Part shown: positions 31,204 through 41,049 of the stretch, in pieces
Numbering within the stretch: the first letter of the stretch is position 1
How the letters are laid out: each line of letters starts with the position of its first letter
IMG/VR virus record: IMGVR_UViG_3300032177_000008
Span: 5,399-69,398 of that record
Strand: one strand, 5' to 3'
Length of the DNA: 64,000 bases
Source of the DNA: a virus
Made by a program: the position numbers and the translations under genes
The notes under the pieces: generated by a model
Database searches by the model: none
Told to the model about the DNA's origin: nothing
Seen by the model: the letters and a program-made list of their open reading frames with translations, nothing else

Positions 31204-33165
31204 TTAGACAACAATGGTGATATCAAGGTTGTTGAGAGGGATTGGAATATTCAAATTCCAAGTCTCAATAATAGTATCGATATTGACGGGATCTTGAGCA
31301 ATAGAAGTTAAGGTACCGCTCTTGATGACTGCGCCGATTTTTGGTCGCAGGGTCTTTTTAGCCAGGAAGTCGATGTTACCTGCGGCTGCGGTCTTAAGAT
31401 CGTCGAAAGTTGTGTCGACAATGTTGTATTGACCAATAAAGCCCTGATGATTAGTGCGGATAAACTTCGCAATAAAGTCCACATTTTTCGTAACAGAGTA
31501 TTCTTGAAACTTGATCGCAGATCGATCCGTCGTCAACTGGTGGCGAATGAAGATCGGTGTCTGATCCAAAACTTCTTGGACGAAAATCATCACCCCACCA
31601 TCAGCAATCAAATTTAATTGATCGGTAGAGAAGTACTTCACGCTATGGAGTACACCTACATAAACGGCAACAGATAGATTCGTGAGCCCCTGCTGAGTTG
31701 GAAGACCCGTAGTCAGCGCACCCACTGCACAATTCAAGAAGTATCCAGGAAGAAGTCGGATCACATTCCCAGACGGAATCTTGACAATGTCTGGCCAAGT
31801 AAGAACCATTCTACGGTCCCCAATTGAGTGCGCGTAAGCTGCAATAACGGCAGCCTGCTCAGTAAGCGAGAGATTCCTATCCACATCAAAAGTAATCCCA
31901 CTGACAGGCCCCCCAGGAATGATACTTCCATTCGGAGGTCCGACCAAAGTGACCTGCGTCTGAGAATCCACAGAAGCAATCTTATACCGTCCTGCCTGTG
32001 CAGAAGGAGCGGAGATATTGATAAATTGAGTAGGTACCACCCCCGAAGTAATGAATGCCGCCGTAGCACTTGTGAAAACGAGTCCACTTGCGTTAACAGC
32101 ACCATCTGAGAAGGGGCCTTCTACAACAGAAGTCAGCACAATCTGGCGATTGATAATCCCTACCCGCTCGAGTTTTTGTTCTGGAGTCGAGTAAAAATCA
32201 ATATGAGCCTTAAGCGCAGTGTGAACAGAAGTATTTTGAGTCATCACTGAGATCGCATAAATCTCAACATGAGCCAAAACATTGAATGCATTGATATAAG
32301 CAATCAACTCATCCCCAGTACCTGAACCCGTATCTAGATAGGCCTTGCCTAAAGTCAGAAGATTGACCGGGGTTGGTGAGTTGGAAAGGGCCAAGAAAAT
32401 TCCAAATACAGCCACATTCTCCGGAATAATCTGATCAACTCCGTAATCAGCCTGAAGCTGAGCAAGAGCCACATACTCCTTCATAACAGTAGAATCTTCA
32501 ATTCGAAGTGCTCGGTAACTCAAAAGCACCGTGCCGCCAATAATAGGTACTGCTCCATAAGGTAAAACCGTAGTAGTTAAGCTAGGAGGCAATGTAACTT
32601 GTGTCTCAGTGACAAGCACCCCAAGAGTTGAACGAAAGATCTCAAGATCAGAGCCATCAGCACCTAGATCTCGACGAGTAGTATAATTTAAACCGCTCCC
32701 CGCAGCCGTAAACGTCTCATTCGTTTGGAGAGTGTTTGCATTCACCACAGAACGAACTGTGTAGGAACCCGCTTGTGGTCCAGTAACTACAATCACATCT
32801 CCTGCGACTACATTTGCAAAGACATTCAACGTTGCATCAGTAAATTGATTCAGATCAGAAGCACTCACCGCACCCGTCGAGTTAGGTCCGAGAAGACGTA
32901 CAATCGCGTTCTGAATAAAAATACGAACAGGGTAAGTGGTTAGATCATCTGGATTGAAAGGCCGAGTATCGATGGTCGTACCCGCCATCTGGTCTGGGTA
33001 TGTATAATTAGCCGCAGTACCCGTATAATTTTGATTCGTGTCACCTTTGGTTTTTACTTGATAAGCGGGCCCAACAACCACATTCGTGAGAGCAAAAGCA
33101 GCTAATGCGGGAACCGCATTTAAAAATTGCTCGATGACTGTTACGCCGGGTTGTCTATAAGCCAT
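31204..33165 (-). CDS. contractile tail sheath protein
   Basis: MAYRQPGVTVIE start; C-terminal IRHQLTT...E.SV.K.VD...IPIPLNNLDITI. Confidence 0.9.
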   Translation of the reverse strand: MAYRQPGVTVIEQFLNAVPALAAFALTNVVVGPAYQVKTKGDTNQNYTGTAANYTYPDQMAGTTIDTRPFNPDDLTTYPVRIFIQNAIVRLLGPNSTGAVSASDLNQFTDATLNVFANVVAGDVIVVTGPQAGSYTVRSVVNANTLQTNETFTAAGSGLNYTTRRDLGADGSDLEIFRSTLGVLVTETQVTLPPSLTTTVLPYGAVPIIGGTVLLSYRALRIEDSTVMKEYVALAQLQADYGVDQIIPENVAVFGIFLALSNSPTPVNLLTLGKAYLDTGSGTGDELIAYINAFNVLAHVEIYAISVMTQNTSVHTALKAHIDFYSTPEQKLERVGIINRQIVLTSVVEGPFSDGAVNASGLVFTSATAAFITSGVVPTQFINISAPSAQAGRYKIASVDSQTQVTLVGPPNGSIIPGGPVSGITFDVDRNLSLTEQAAVIAAYAHSIGDRRMVLTWPDIVKIPSGNVIRLLPGYFLNCAVGALTTGLPTQQGLTNLSVAVYVGVLHSVKYFSTDQLNLIADGGVMIFVQEVLDQTPIFIRHQLTTDRSAIKFQEYSVTKNVDFIAKFIRTNHQGFIGQYNIVDTTFDDLKTAAAGNIDFLAKKTLRPKIGAVIKSGTLTSIAQDPVNIDTIIETWNLNIPIPLNNLDITIVV

Positions 33166-33179
33166 AATCTAATCCTCCC

Positions 33180-33794
33180 TTAGGGGTCTACGTTCAATAA
33201 TAACAAGTATTCTCTTAGCTTTACAGGATCCGTTTTAGTTAAAGTCCAATTCCGTGTGATTTGTACCTGTACCATAACCGGGACCGCAGTAAGCTCTGGG
33301 CGAGATTCGTTGCCACGAATAATGGCCCGTTGACCCGCCGAAACGCTCTTGACGGAAAGGAAACCGAAAGTCTGAATCACTTCACGAAATTGCTTGATTG
33401 AATCAAAGCAGATTTGCGCTATTCGATCAGCTTCTAAATCTTCTCTAGAAAAAGAAGTAACCATAATAGGAGCTGAGTTGATATCTGTGAAGCGCCTATT
33501 GAAACGGCTTAAGTTCGCGGAACCGACAAAATTGCCAATACCGCGTCCTTCCCAATCCACGCGACCCCTCGCTACAACAATCTTGGGGCGCGTATCCATT
33601 GTTTTTAAATTATCCGTTCTCTGGCCCTCGATCTTAATATCCGTTTCGTTATCATTATCCGAATAGTGAAGATTTTTGGGAGGAAAGGTAGAAAACAAAA
33701 TCTGCAAAAACTGCAGAAGATTGTATTCCATAAATCTAAAAACATCAGGAAATCTTTTGTTCGGATCGATATAATCACGTTGACCGGATGACAT
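33180..33794 (-). CDS. putative tail terminator/neck protein
   Basis: Immediately upstream of the sheath; RPKIVVARG; start reassigned to MSSGQ. Confidence 0.55.
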   Translation of the reverse strand: MSSGQRDYIDPNKRFPDVFRFMEYNLLQFLQILFSTFPPKNLHYSDNDNETDIKIEGQRTDNLKTMDTRPKIVVARGRVDWEGRGIGNFVGSANLSRFNRRFTDINSAPIMVTSFSREDLEADRIAQICFDSIKQFREVIQTFGFLSVKSVSAGQRAIIRGNESRPELTAVPVMVQVQITRNWTLTKTDPVKLREYLLLLNVDP

Positions 33795-34050
33795 CGTCAG
33801 CTCCTGCATTGATTGGCTGATTGAAGTAGTCTTCTTCCGACTCAAAAGATTGATAGCCCAGAGCTTTTTCTGGGTCCATCTTTTTTTCCAGTATATCATC
33901 GCCTTCTGGGGTATCCAAGGATAACTCAGGCTCTTCTACTGGAACTTCTTTAGATTTCGCATCTTCGATAGCAGCTTGCTTAATCTCTTCTTTTTGTTTG
34001 GCCCTCTTCAAAAAGTCAAAAGCATCTGGGATTCGCTGGATACTAATCAT
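33775..34050 (-). CDS. hypothetical acidic protein
   Basis: ORF in late operon. Confidence 0.65.
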   Translation of the reverse strand: MISIQRIPDAFDFLKRAKQKEEIKQAAIEDAKSKEVPVEEPELSLDTPEGDDILEKKMDPEKALGYQSFESEEDYFNQPINAGADDVIRST

Positions 34051-34316
34051 CGATGCACCGAGGTGCGGGAGACCAGTCCTTTACGTTGCGTGCTTCCGAA
34101 TCCTCCACCTATAGCCCTCCCAAAAGGCTCAATCGCAGGCTGACCAGTCAAACCGTTCATGCCGGGGACTGGATTGCCGGGACGCGTCGAAGGGGTCACT
34201 CTCGTAGGTTTAGATACAGGTTTTGTACCACCATAAGGGCCCGTAAGCTTCGTCGGGCTCTTTATACCCGGAAGTTTGATGCCCGCGATTTTTGACCATC
34301 CTTGAGTGAAACTCAG
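34047..34316 (-). CDS. unannotated 89-aa Gly/Pro-rich ORF with non-canonical start (CTG) and SFTQGWSKIA motif
   Basis: Open frame fills the gap, AGAGGA upstream, TGA overlaps the next ATG. Confidence 0.6.
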   Translation of the reverse strand: MSFTQGWSKIAGIKLPGIKSPTKLTGPYGGTKPVSKPTRVTPSTRPGNPVPGMNGLTGQPAIEPFGRAIGGGFGSTQRKGLVSRTSVHR

Positions 34317-34340
34317 AATTTCCTCTATTCTTTTATAATA

Positions 34341-35258
34341 TTAAAATTCTCTTCTTTGACGCGCAACCTCAAACTCTTCAATGACTTTAAGCGCCGTATT
34401 CAGATCATACGGGATTTTATACTCAATGTCCTCTGGGTTGATCTCTTTGCATCGAATATACTGAATTAAGGGGATCCTGCGTTTTTCCGTCTCCGAAATT
34501 CTCTCTACACGCCATAGCTTTTGAGTGCGCAATTCACGAAGTACATCACCCGGTCTCAGTTGTGGCCAATTTGAAAGCATTGCGTTAATTTCATTGGGCT
34601 GGGTAGCTCCCCAATCCTGAAGCTGAACTACATTAGTGGAAGGACTGTAGTCGACATAAGCAGTGAGCTGAGGATAAAAACCGCCCTCCCAGTTCGTGCC
34701 GTAACAGTGGGGACAGTTCGAAACAAGACGCTTCTTAATGACAGGGTCGAAACAATTCTGACAGGGTACGCCCGTACTCTTCCGTTTATGAACATAAGTC
34801 GGCTCGCCTGTCGTATCCTCGAGGAGCCAATTCACTTCATCTACAATATAGATCCCCACTACATCGAGCTCGCCATCCATTGTAAAAACAGGACTCAGAA
34901 ACTCTTCTTGAGTACTGATCTGCCGTGTACGAATTTGGTAGTACTGGTTTTTATAGAAATCCCAAAATGTCGCAGTGTAATCCACATATTGGTAAAAATC
35001 TAAAGCACTGATAGGGCCTGCAAGCTGACTCAAATTAATCGTATCGGTGAGTGGCTTAGGCGGCAACCACGGAGTTCCATCAATATTAATGTTATTGATT
35101 TTAGGATTCTGGTTCTGGGCCTCACCGCGGTCGATATAAAATTCAAAGTCAGAAAGGTCCGCCTGATTAGGCAATAACTCCCAAGAAATAAGCATCTTCT
35201 CAGGGAAGCGAGAAAGAGGCTGAGCGGTGAATTTTTTAAAGTGGATGGGAGAAGTCAT
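34341..35258 (-). CDS. putative head closure/neck protein
   Basis: KRK.TG.PC..C.D....CPHCYGTNWEGGF; LRPGD; position between adaptor and sheath. Confidence 0.6.
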   Translation of the reverse strand: MTSPIHFKKFTAQPLSRFPEKMLISWELLPNQADLSDFEFYIDRGEAQNQNPKINNINIDGTPWLPPKPLTDTINLSQLAGPISALDFYQYVDYTATFWDFYKNQYYQIRTRQISTQEEFLSPVFTMDGELDVVGIYIVDEVNWLLEDTTGEPTYVHKRKSTGVPCQNCFDPVIKKRLVSNCPHCYGTNWEGGFYPQLTAYVDYSPSTNVVQLQDWGATQPNEINAMLSNWPQLRPGDVLRELRTQKLWRVERISETEKRRIPLIQYIRCKEINPEDIEYKIPYDLNTALKVIEEFEVARQRREF

Positions 35259-35983
35259 ATGTGCCTTTGATACTCAGCGACTTGGACACACATCGTGATA
35301 AAATTTTTAGCAGCCATAACTTCTTTTGCTTTTTGGCAATTAAAACAAGATGATACAGTATTTTCTAAAGAATAGTAGGGTTCGTTATTTATTCGATCAG
35401 CGGAGTTTAATAAAATTACTTCTCCAGTCCTTGTGTTTTTTCTAGTTGAAAAACCCCCACAATAAAGACATCCCTTTAATATTATTGCTACGTAGTCTTT
35501 TTTAGTTAGATAACTTTCATAGCCTCGTCTTTGGGCGCCACTAATATGTTGTCGGTAAGAACGGTTTTTTATCGCCTCACTATTTGGCAAAATAGTGTAT
35601 TTGCGCCTTAAATCTTCTTTTTTACACCCACAACTCTTTGTTCGCCCACTGGTTACGTGTGCTACTCGTAACTCAACTTTTTTGCTACAAATACACTCAA
35701 ATAGCCAAGTAGCAGAGTGATAGCTGTCCATTCTAATAAATTTAATTGCTTTTAAGTAAGCAAACTTTTTATCAGTATAATCTTTACCTTGGGCTTTACA
35801 TTGTCTGCCGCAGGATTTTTTCTTCCCATTTAACAGATCACATTCATATGCTTCTACTACAATCATACACTTGCATTGGCAATACCAGCGCTTTGTAAAA
35901 CCATCAACAAGATACAAAGATGTTAGTTTGCCATATACGGCCCCCGGGGTAACTTTATCTTTTTTTATGACGCTACCAGTCAT
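35255..35983 (-). mobile_element. free-standing HNH-type homing endonuclease
   Basis: Two YG.L...W.C.C.C...G..KSCG repeats; CLYCG...DRINN..YY...N.VS.C..C. Confidence 0.85.
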
Positions 35984-36446
35984 AACCAATAGCTTCGTAT
36001 TCCGAGTGAAATCCTCCATTATAAGCACCTTCTACGTTCTGTTGTATTTTAAAATTAAGTTTTTTAGCCTCGTAATCACTAGCTAAATTCTGAATCCAGG
36101 ATTGATAATAACTTGTCTTGTTTGATCGGACAATTGACGTCCCACCGCTGTTGTACGTAAGTTCATTTCTGCTTTGATAGAGTCCTGCCATCTTTAAGCA
36201 AATAACCGTAGCCCCATGAATTAATAAATAAAGGCTAGGAAAAGTTCCATACCCTACTGGGTTTAGCAACGGGGTTGTCGTATTCCAATCACTAATCGTC
36301 AACATGAGCGCAAGATCTAAGCGCTTGTCATCAATCTCTTTTCGACGGAGCAACCGGTTCAGTTGCTCGTTATCCATCAAAAATAAGCGAAGGTACTCTA
36401 ATGCTTTTTCTTTTCGGGAAGCCTCAAGGGGCGTTAGAACTGCCAT
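35973..36446 (-). CDS. putative head-tail adaptor
   Basis: LRLFLMD..QLNRLL...WNTTTP...RNELTYNSGG; position downstream of the capsid. Confidence 0.6.
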   Translation of the reverse strand: MAVLTPLEASRKEKALEYLRLFLMDNEQLNRLLRRKEIDDKRLDLALMLTISDWNTTTPLLNPVGYGTFPSLYLLIHGATVICLKMAGLYQSRNELTYNSGGTSIVRSNKTSYYQSWIQNLASDYEAKKLNFKIQQNVEGAYNGGFHSEYEAIGYDW

Positions 36447-36500
36447 GCGTCTATCATAGCACGATCAAAAATGAATGAAAATGCGTGACCAGCTTTGAAC

Positions 36501-36569
36501 CAGTGGTAACGGGATTTGAACCCATGTCCCCGGCTAAACCGGTATCCTAGGCCGCTAGACGATACAACT
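36501..36569 (-). tRNA. tRNA-Glu-like element with truncated anticodon arm (pseudo-tRNA)
   Basis: Minus strand: tcgtctagcggcctagga D arm, atgggttcaaatcccgt T arm, ccgg-tttag-ccgg anticodon arm, no CCA. Confidence 0.65.
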
Positions 36570-36613
36570 TGGCCAGTCACGCATCCTTTGCCGAAGGGTT
36601 CAAAATCCTTCGG

Positions 36614-37141
36614 TTACTTTTTTATAAGAGCTCCAACACCTACAGAGCGGGGGGCTTTAACCGTGAACTTCTCTGAGTCATCCACTGAACGAGGGCGATC
36701 CCCAGGAATTGGAGAAAGCCCATCATACTGGTGGTTCTCAGTCTCAGTCCCAAGAGAAATCTTGGTGCGGGGCTGATATTCTTGGGTAAGAGGCGGGGAA
36801 TGTGCTCCTTTAGAAAGAGACGCTTCCCGGGCGGCCTCAGGATCAAAATCTACTTCATCGTCTTCAGTAATATCTTCTGGGAGCTGAGTCTGTGCAATCT
36901 CAGAAATTCGAGTGCCCGCGGTCACAATAGCTTCGCCGGGTCCACTGATCGGAGTTCCATCCTCAGCATTCGTGATGCGAATAAAACCTTGGGCTGCCCA
37001 ACTCTCGAGCACCTCATCAATCACAGGCAAATCTAAAACAAGTGGGCGATTAGGGGCAATCACGTGGTTATGATAATCCAAAAAATGGCCCAGGGGTGGT
37101 CTGATAATAGGGGTAATATTGACGATGCGAATTTTAGGCAT
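36614..37141 (-). CDS. hypothetical virion-region protein
   Basis: AAGGAG RBS, 175 aa. Confidence 0.75.
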   Translation of the reverse strand: MPKIRIVNITPIIRPPLGHFLDYHNHVIAPNRPLVLDLPVIDEVLESWAAQGFIRITNAEDGTPISGPGEAIVTAGTRISEIAQTQLPEDITEDDEVDFDPEAAREASLSKGAHSPPLTQEYQPRTKISLGTETENHQYDGLSPIPGDRPRSVDDSEKFTVKAPRSVGVGALIKK

Positions 37142-37193
37142 AATGAGTCTCCTTGTTCTGCAAAATACTCATTGTGAGAGCATTAGGCAAGTC

Positions 37194-37421
37194 TTACCTA
37201 TAAATATTAAAAGCTTTTTTGGGGGTTTTTAAAGTTTTAAGATACTTGGCCCTTGCTTCTCGTTCATGCTGCATATGAAGAACACTCGGATTAATGGCGC
37301 GGAGTACGGGTCGTGGAGTTTCTTTGGTTGGAGCATGGGAACATGCCACCAAAAATAATAAAACGAAACAAATGAGTTTAACCATAGTTGTATTTAAATA
37401 CGAGTTGGGGTGACTAGGCAA
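37194..37421 (-). CDS. small lipoprotein candidate
   Basis: MVKLICFVLLFLVAC lipobox-like. Confidence 0.5.
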   Translation of the reverse strand: MPSHPNSYLNTTMVKLICFVLLFLVACSHAPTKETPRPVLRAINPSVLHMQHEREARAKYLKTLKTPKKAFNIYR

Positions 37422-37449
37422 GAGTTACATAATTCCGGGTATAAGTTTT

Positions 37450-37761
37450 ATGAGGAGAACCGCTAACATGAAAGAAAAATCTAAAAAGAAATCAAAACCA
37501 CTTCAATGGAAATGTGTAGGTGATATTGCAGTAGATTCTGGAACTATTTTATTTTGTGATCCATGTCATATAGAAGACGAAATCCCAGAAGAAGCTTTTA
37601 AAAGTTTCGAAGGAATAAACGATGCTACACAATCTGAGGTGGGGCTTATTATTAGGACTGGGTTTGGAGATGGAGTCTACCCAGTATTCGTACAAAGAGA
37701 AAAAGGTAGAGGTATTATTAGAGTACTAATTGAGCTTGGCCCTCCATCTAGTGGTGATTAG
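37450..37761 (+). CDS. DUF4241-like protein inserted on the opposite strand
   Basis: VGDIAVDSG....DP...TGFGDGVYPV; own GGTATAAG motif. Confidence 0.7.
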   Translation: MRRTANMKEKSKKKSKPLQWKCVGDIAVDSGTILFCDPCHIEDEIPEEAFKSFEGINDATQSEVGLIIRTGFGDGVYPVFVQREKGRGIIRVLIELGPPSSGD

Positions 37762-37774
37762 GGTAGTGTAAAAT

Positions 37775-37811
37775 AAAAATCCCAGCTCTCATCGAGAGCT
37801 GGGATTTTTTT
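37775..37811. terminator. bidirectional intrinsic terminator after the capsid gene
   Basis: aaaaatcccagctctc/gagagctgggattttt. Confidence 0.85.
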
Positions 37812-37830
37812 AAATACCTAACTGACTAGG

Positions 37831-38757
37831 TCAAAATGACCCGCCACCTGGAATGATTTGAGGTACTGCGAGTGTAATCTTCGCAACAGAACGAAGATTT
37901 GCAATTCCCATGCCCACATATTCCCAACTTTTCCAGAATACTTTATCTGCTTCCTTCTTGATCCAGAACTTCACATCATTCAGGATAAAGAAGTTACCTA
38001 AGAACTGTGGATCCGTATAAGCAAAGATCTGTCCTGGAGGAAGCAGATCAGTCTTATTCGTGACCACAACTTTACGGCGCATGATGGTCTCATACTTATA
38101 ACCATTGACCGTCATTTCCGTCGCAAGCGGAGAGCCCACGTCAGTAGCTGGTTGGATATGCCAATCATCGAAGTCGACGTTGGTCATGAGGATGACCATC
38201 GACTGGAGTTTATCCACATCGATCATCTTCACCAGTTTGTTGAGGTTCGTACGAGTCACAGTTGTGTCAGCAGAAACGATCTGCTTTCCACTTGCAGTGA
38301 CAGCGCCATTGGATACAGCGATCCAAGTGCTGTCTTCCACGAACATGATATCCTTGATCGAATTTTCTTCGATCACTTTCGTGATCGGATATTCGTATGC
38401 AAGGAGCTCGGCTTCATTCTTCACAAAGAGATCGCTCTCAATCTTGAAGAATGGAACTGCATAACGCTTCCCTTGCAGGTAGCGCTCGCGACCCGCTGAG
38501 CGGAAGTTAACCGCGGCAGCAGTCGATGGATGTTCGAAATCCACGACTTTGATCAACGTGTCCTGGCGGGTCGAACGTTGCAAATCCGCACGAGTGACAG
38601 ACTCAGGCGGAAGGATTTTCCTGGCGAACGAGTGTTCACGAAGGAATGAGCGGACATAGGCCTGGCCTGCCTGTGCCGTCTTAGTTTGTCCATCCTGCGT
38701 ATCCATACGCGTGATGAACATATTATTAAATGATACAGCTTCTTCACCCATCGACAT
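37831..38757 (-). CDS. major capsid protein (HK97-like)
   Basis: LREHSFARKILPP, 308 aa, strong RBS AGGAGGAG, terminator downstream, head-module position. Confidence 0.8.
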   Translation of the reverse strand: MSMGEEAVSFNNMFITRMDTQDGQTKTAQAGQAYVRSFLREHSFARKILPPESVTRADLQRSTRQDTLIKVVDFEHPSTAAAVNFRSAGRERYLQGKRYAVPFFKIESDLFVKNEAELLAYEYPITKVIEENSIKDIMFVEDSTWIAVSNGAVTASGKQIVSADTTVTRTNLNKLVKMIDVDKLQSMVILMTNVDFDDWHIQPATDVGSPLATEMTVNGYKYETIMRRKVVVTNKTDLLPPGQIFAYTDPQFLGNFFILNDVKFWIKKEADKVFWKSWEYVGMGIANLRSVAKITLAVPQIIPGGGSF

Positions 38758-38786
38758 TTGAAGTCTCCTCCTTCTTAGGTTGACTT

Positions 38787-38853
38787 TTGTACTATAACCG
38801 AATTAACGATCACGTACGATTGTACTCTAACCGAATTAACGATCGAGTACGAT
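38787..38853. repeat. 33-bp tandem duplication of the decoration-gene 3' end
   Basis: ttgtactataaccgaattaacgatcacgtacga / ttgtactctaaccgaattaacgatcgagtacga. Confidence 0.85.
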
Positions 38854-39297
38854 GATTTCCATAACGCCATTAGAGTCTGGTGCAGTAAATACACGAGCTA
38901 GAACAGGATCCGCACCCGCAGCTAGTTGTGGTACGCGAATAAGACCTTTGATCGTCAAATTCGAACCAACAGGATAAACACCTGCCACATATTTGTTGGT
39001 ACGGTAGATAAATCCACCGTTGGTGATCAAAGTCAGATTACCGGTAGCCATCGAATCGTATTGAGTATTACCTACCCAAATAGGATAAGTGCTTGCAACA
39101 GCAGCCACACCGGGCTCAACCATCTGTCCAGTAGCTCCCTTAACCATCCAATCACCTGGCTCTACAGGTAGAACTAAAGTTGGATCGAATTTCACATCTA
39201 CAAGATTGATGTGCTCTAATCCTTTGATAATATCCATTTGATTATCGGGTGTACTCAGGTCAACCGTAATCGGTGCAATGAATTCTGGCGTAACCAT
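38836..39297 (-). CDS. putative capsid decoration protein
   Basis: 153 aa, beta-rich, directly upstream of the capsid gene. Confidence 0.55.
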   Translation of the reverse strand: MVTPEFIAPITVDLSTPDNQMDIIKGLEHINLVDVKFDPTLVLPVEPGDWMVKGATGQMVEPGVAAVASTYPIWVGNTQYDSMATGNLTLITNGGFIYRTNKYVAGVYPVGSNLTIKGLIRVPQLAAGADPVLARVFTAPDSNGVMEIIVLDR

Positions 39298-39309
39298 ATA
39301 AACTCTCCT

Positions 39310-39678
39310 TTACTCGTTGTCCAGTTCGCCGGTTAAAACAAACCGTTCGAATGGGTTCTTTCCATTAGCTGGGGATGACCCAGCCAACTCACCAATTTTA
39401 CGCGTTCCCACATACCCTCTTTCGAGGGCTTTCTCGACGACATCGAGATCTTCTTGCATGAGGCTTGCAACCTTTTGCACGAACTCTTCATGGGTTTTGT
39501 AAGGTTCATGTAGCCCGAGTTCCACTTCACGGAAGGCGACTTTGTGAGCTCTTTTTTCTTGCATAGTTTCCTGTGCAAGTTTTTCGAGTCTTAGTCGTTC
39601 AGAGTGCTCCTTACGAAGCATTTCCCCTGCCGCTTTGATCATCTCGGGGGTAATTTTTTGTTCAGACATATTCACCAC
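39310..39678 (-). CDS. head scaffold/core-like protein, KxA-rich
   Basis: Helical and charged; multiple KxA motifs. Confidence 0.6.
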   Translation of the reverse strand: MVNMSEQKITPEMIKAAGEMLRKEHSERLRLEKLAQETMQEKRAHKVAFREVELGLHEPYKTHEEFVQKVASLMQEDLDVVEKALERGYVGTRKIGELAGSSPANGKNPFERFVLTGELDNE

Positions 39679-40163
39679 CCCAGATTTCTTGTGACGGGTA
39701 TTCGACCCAATAATTGATCCATGGTAGGTTTCTTCTTTGGATATTTTGGCCGAGAGTTCTTATCCTCGGTTTTTGTCAATCCACCACTAATTGCGACTAG
39801 AATAGGAAGATTCTCAAGTGTCTTTTTTGCAGATGTTTTTGAAAGAACTTCCTCAATCTGTTCATTAGTGTAACCTTCCGCTTTAGCTTTTTCTTCAAAG
39901 GAGGCTACCTTCATCATAGCATCCAAACAAGAAGCAGTCTGAAGACGGTTATAGGCCAAAGCTACCTTTTCGATCTCAACAGTTGCTGACGGTCCCTGTG
40001 CATCTGGAATCAGAACTTCTTCCGAAGCCTGGCTCAGAAGCGCTACCAAATTCTCCACATTGGAGACACTGGCAGTCTTCTCATGAGGTGCGGCGGCAGA
40101 CGAACTCATGATGAGTTCATCTGCTCGCCTAAGTAAATCTCTGAGAGGTTTAACCGCACTCAC
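39672..40163 (-). CDS. head core-like protein, KxA-rich
   Basis: EKTA, EKVA, MKVA. Confidence 0.65.
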   Translation of the reverse strand: MSAVKPLRDLLRRADELIMSSSAAAPHEKTASVSNVENLVALLSQASEEVLIPDAQGPSATVEIEKVALAYNRLQTASCLDAMMKVASFEEKAKAEGYTNEQIEEVLSKTSAKKTLENLPILVAISGGLTKTEDKNSRPKYPKKKPTMDQLLGRIPVTRNLGW

Positions 40164-40168
40164 TTCCG

Positions 40169-41020
40169 TTACCCCTTACTCGCTCGACCTGCAGCAAAGC
40201 CAGCACCGGCACCCGCAGCGCCGCCGTACAAGCCCTGATATTTACCCAAGTGCTCCTTAACCTTGGCAGTGTGTGGGTGAGCCTTTAATTTCTCAAGAAG
40301 GCTTAAACCCTTCTTAGCACCTGCATTGGCAAGTTTCTCGAGACCTTCTTCGACTACATCAATCACTTCTTGAGGACCCCGCATAGCCTCAACCATCTCA
40401 CCTAAAGTAGCTTCAGAAGCTTTTTTCTTCATGAGGTGGTGAGCGCCATAACCCGCAGCACCTAGTCCAGCGGCAATCAAAGCTGCTTTGCCTTTATGCT
40501 TTTTAAGCACTTCATGACCAAATTCAGTCATCTTCATACCCGCTCTTCTCCCCTTAGTATGAACTCCACGGGCAGATGCTTTAATTTTAGATGCCATACT
40601 CCCGCCACTTCTTACAGGGGGAGCATTAGTTGTGTCCACAGCGAGTTTTTCAAAAAAATCACTGTAACCCGAAAACATAGCGACTGAAGCAGCTTGAGCT
40701 ACTTTGTGCATTTCTGCACTGTCTTCGATCTCAGCCAAACCGAGATCAGAGACAAGTTGTTCCACTGCATTGCCAACTTCTTCTACTGCTTCTTCATGTT
40801 GCTGAAGGGATTCAGCAGCAATCTTATCTAGGCCATCTACTTCAGCAAGTTGTCGTTCAGCAGCAAGCCAACCATAAGCATAAAGAGCATCCACCAGTTC
40901 ACTTTCAGCGATCTGCGCTTCTGCCAGCTTTTCCACTTCATCTGGAAATTTAGTATCGAGAAGTTGTTGCTTCTCTTCCGCACTCATTTGTTCAATTTCT
41001 TTTAAGATATCACTCAACAT
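40169..41020 (-). CDS. head core-like protein, KxA-rich with Gly/Ala hydrophobic segments
   Basis: EKLA x3, DKIA, HKVA. Confidence 0.7.
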   Translation of the reverse strand: MLSDILKEIEQMSAEEKQQLLDTKFPDEVEKLAEAQIAESELVDALYAYGWLAAERQLAEVDGLDKIAAESLQQHEEAVEEVGNAVEQLVSDLGLAEIEDSAEMHKVAQAASVAMFSGYSDFFEKLAVDTTNAPPVRSGGSMASKIKASARGVHTKGRRAGMKMTEFGHEVLKKHKGKAALIAAGLGAAGYGAHHLMKKKASEATLGEMVEAMRGPQEVIDVVEEGLEKLANAGAKKGLSLLEKLKAHPHTAKVKEHLGKYQGLYGGAAGAGAGFAAGRASKG

Positions 41021-41049
41021 AAGATTTTCTCCTCTTATTGTAGGCAAAA

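Noticed and set aside
34260-34268. GGTATAAAG on the minus strand as a promoter
   Set aside because: Lies inside the probable 34047-34316 coding frame with no RBS following
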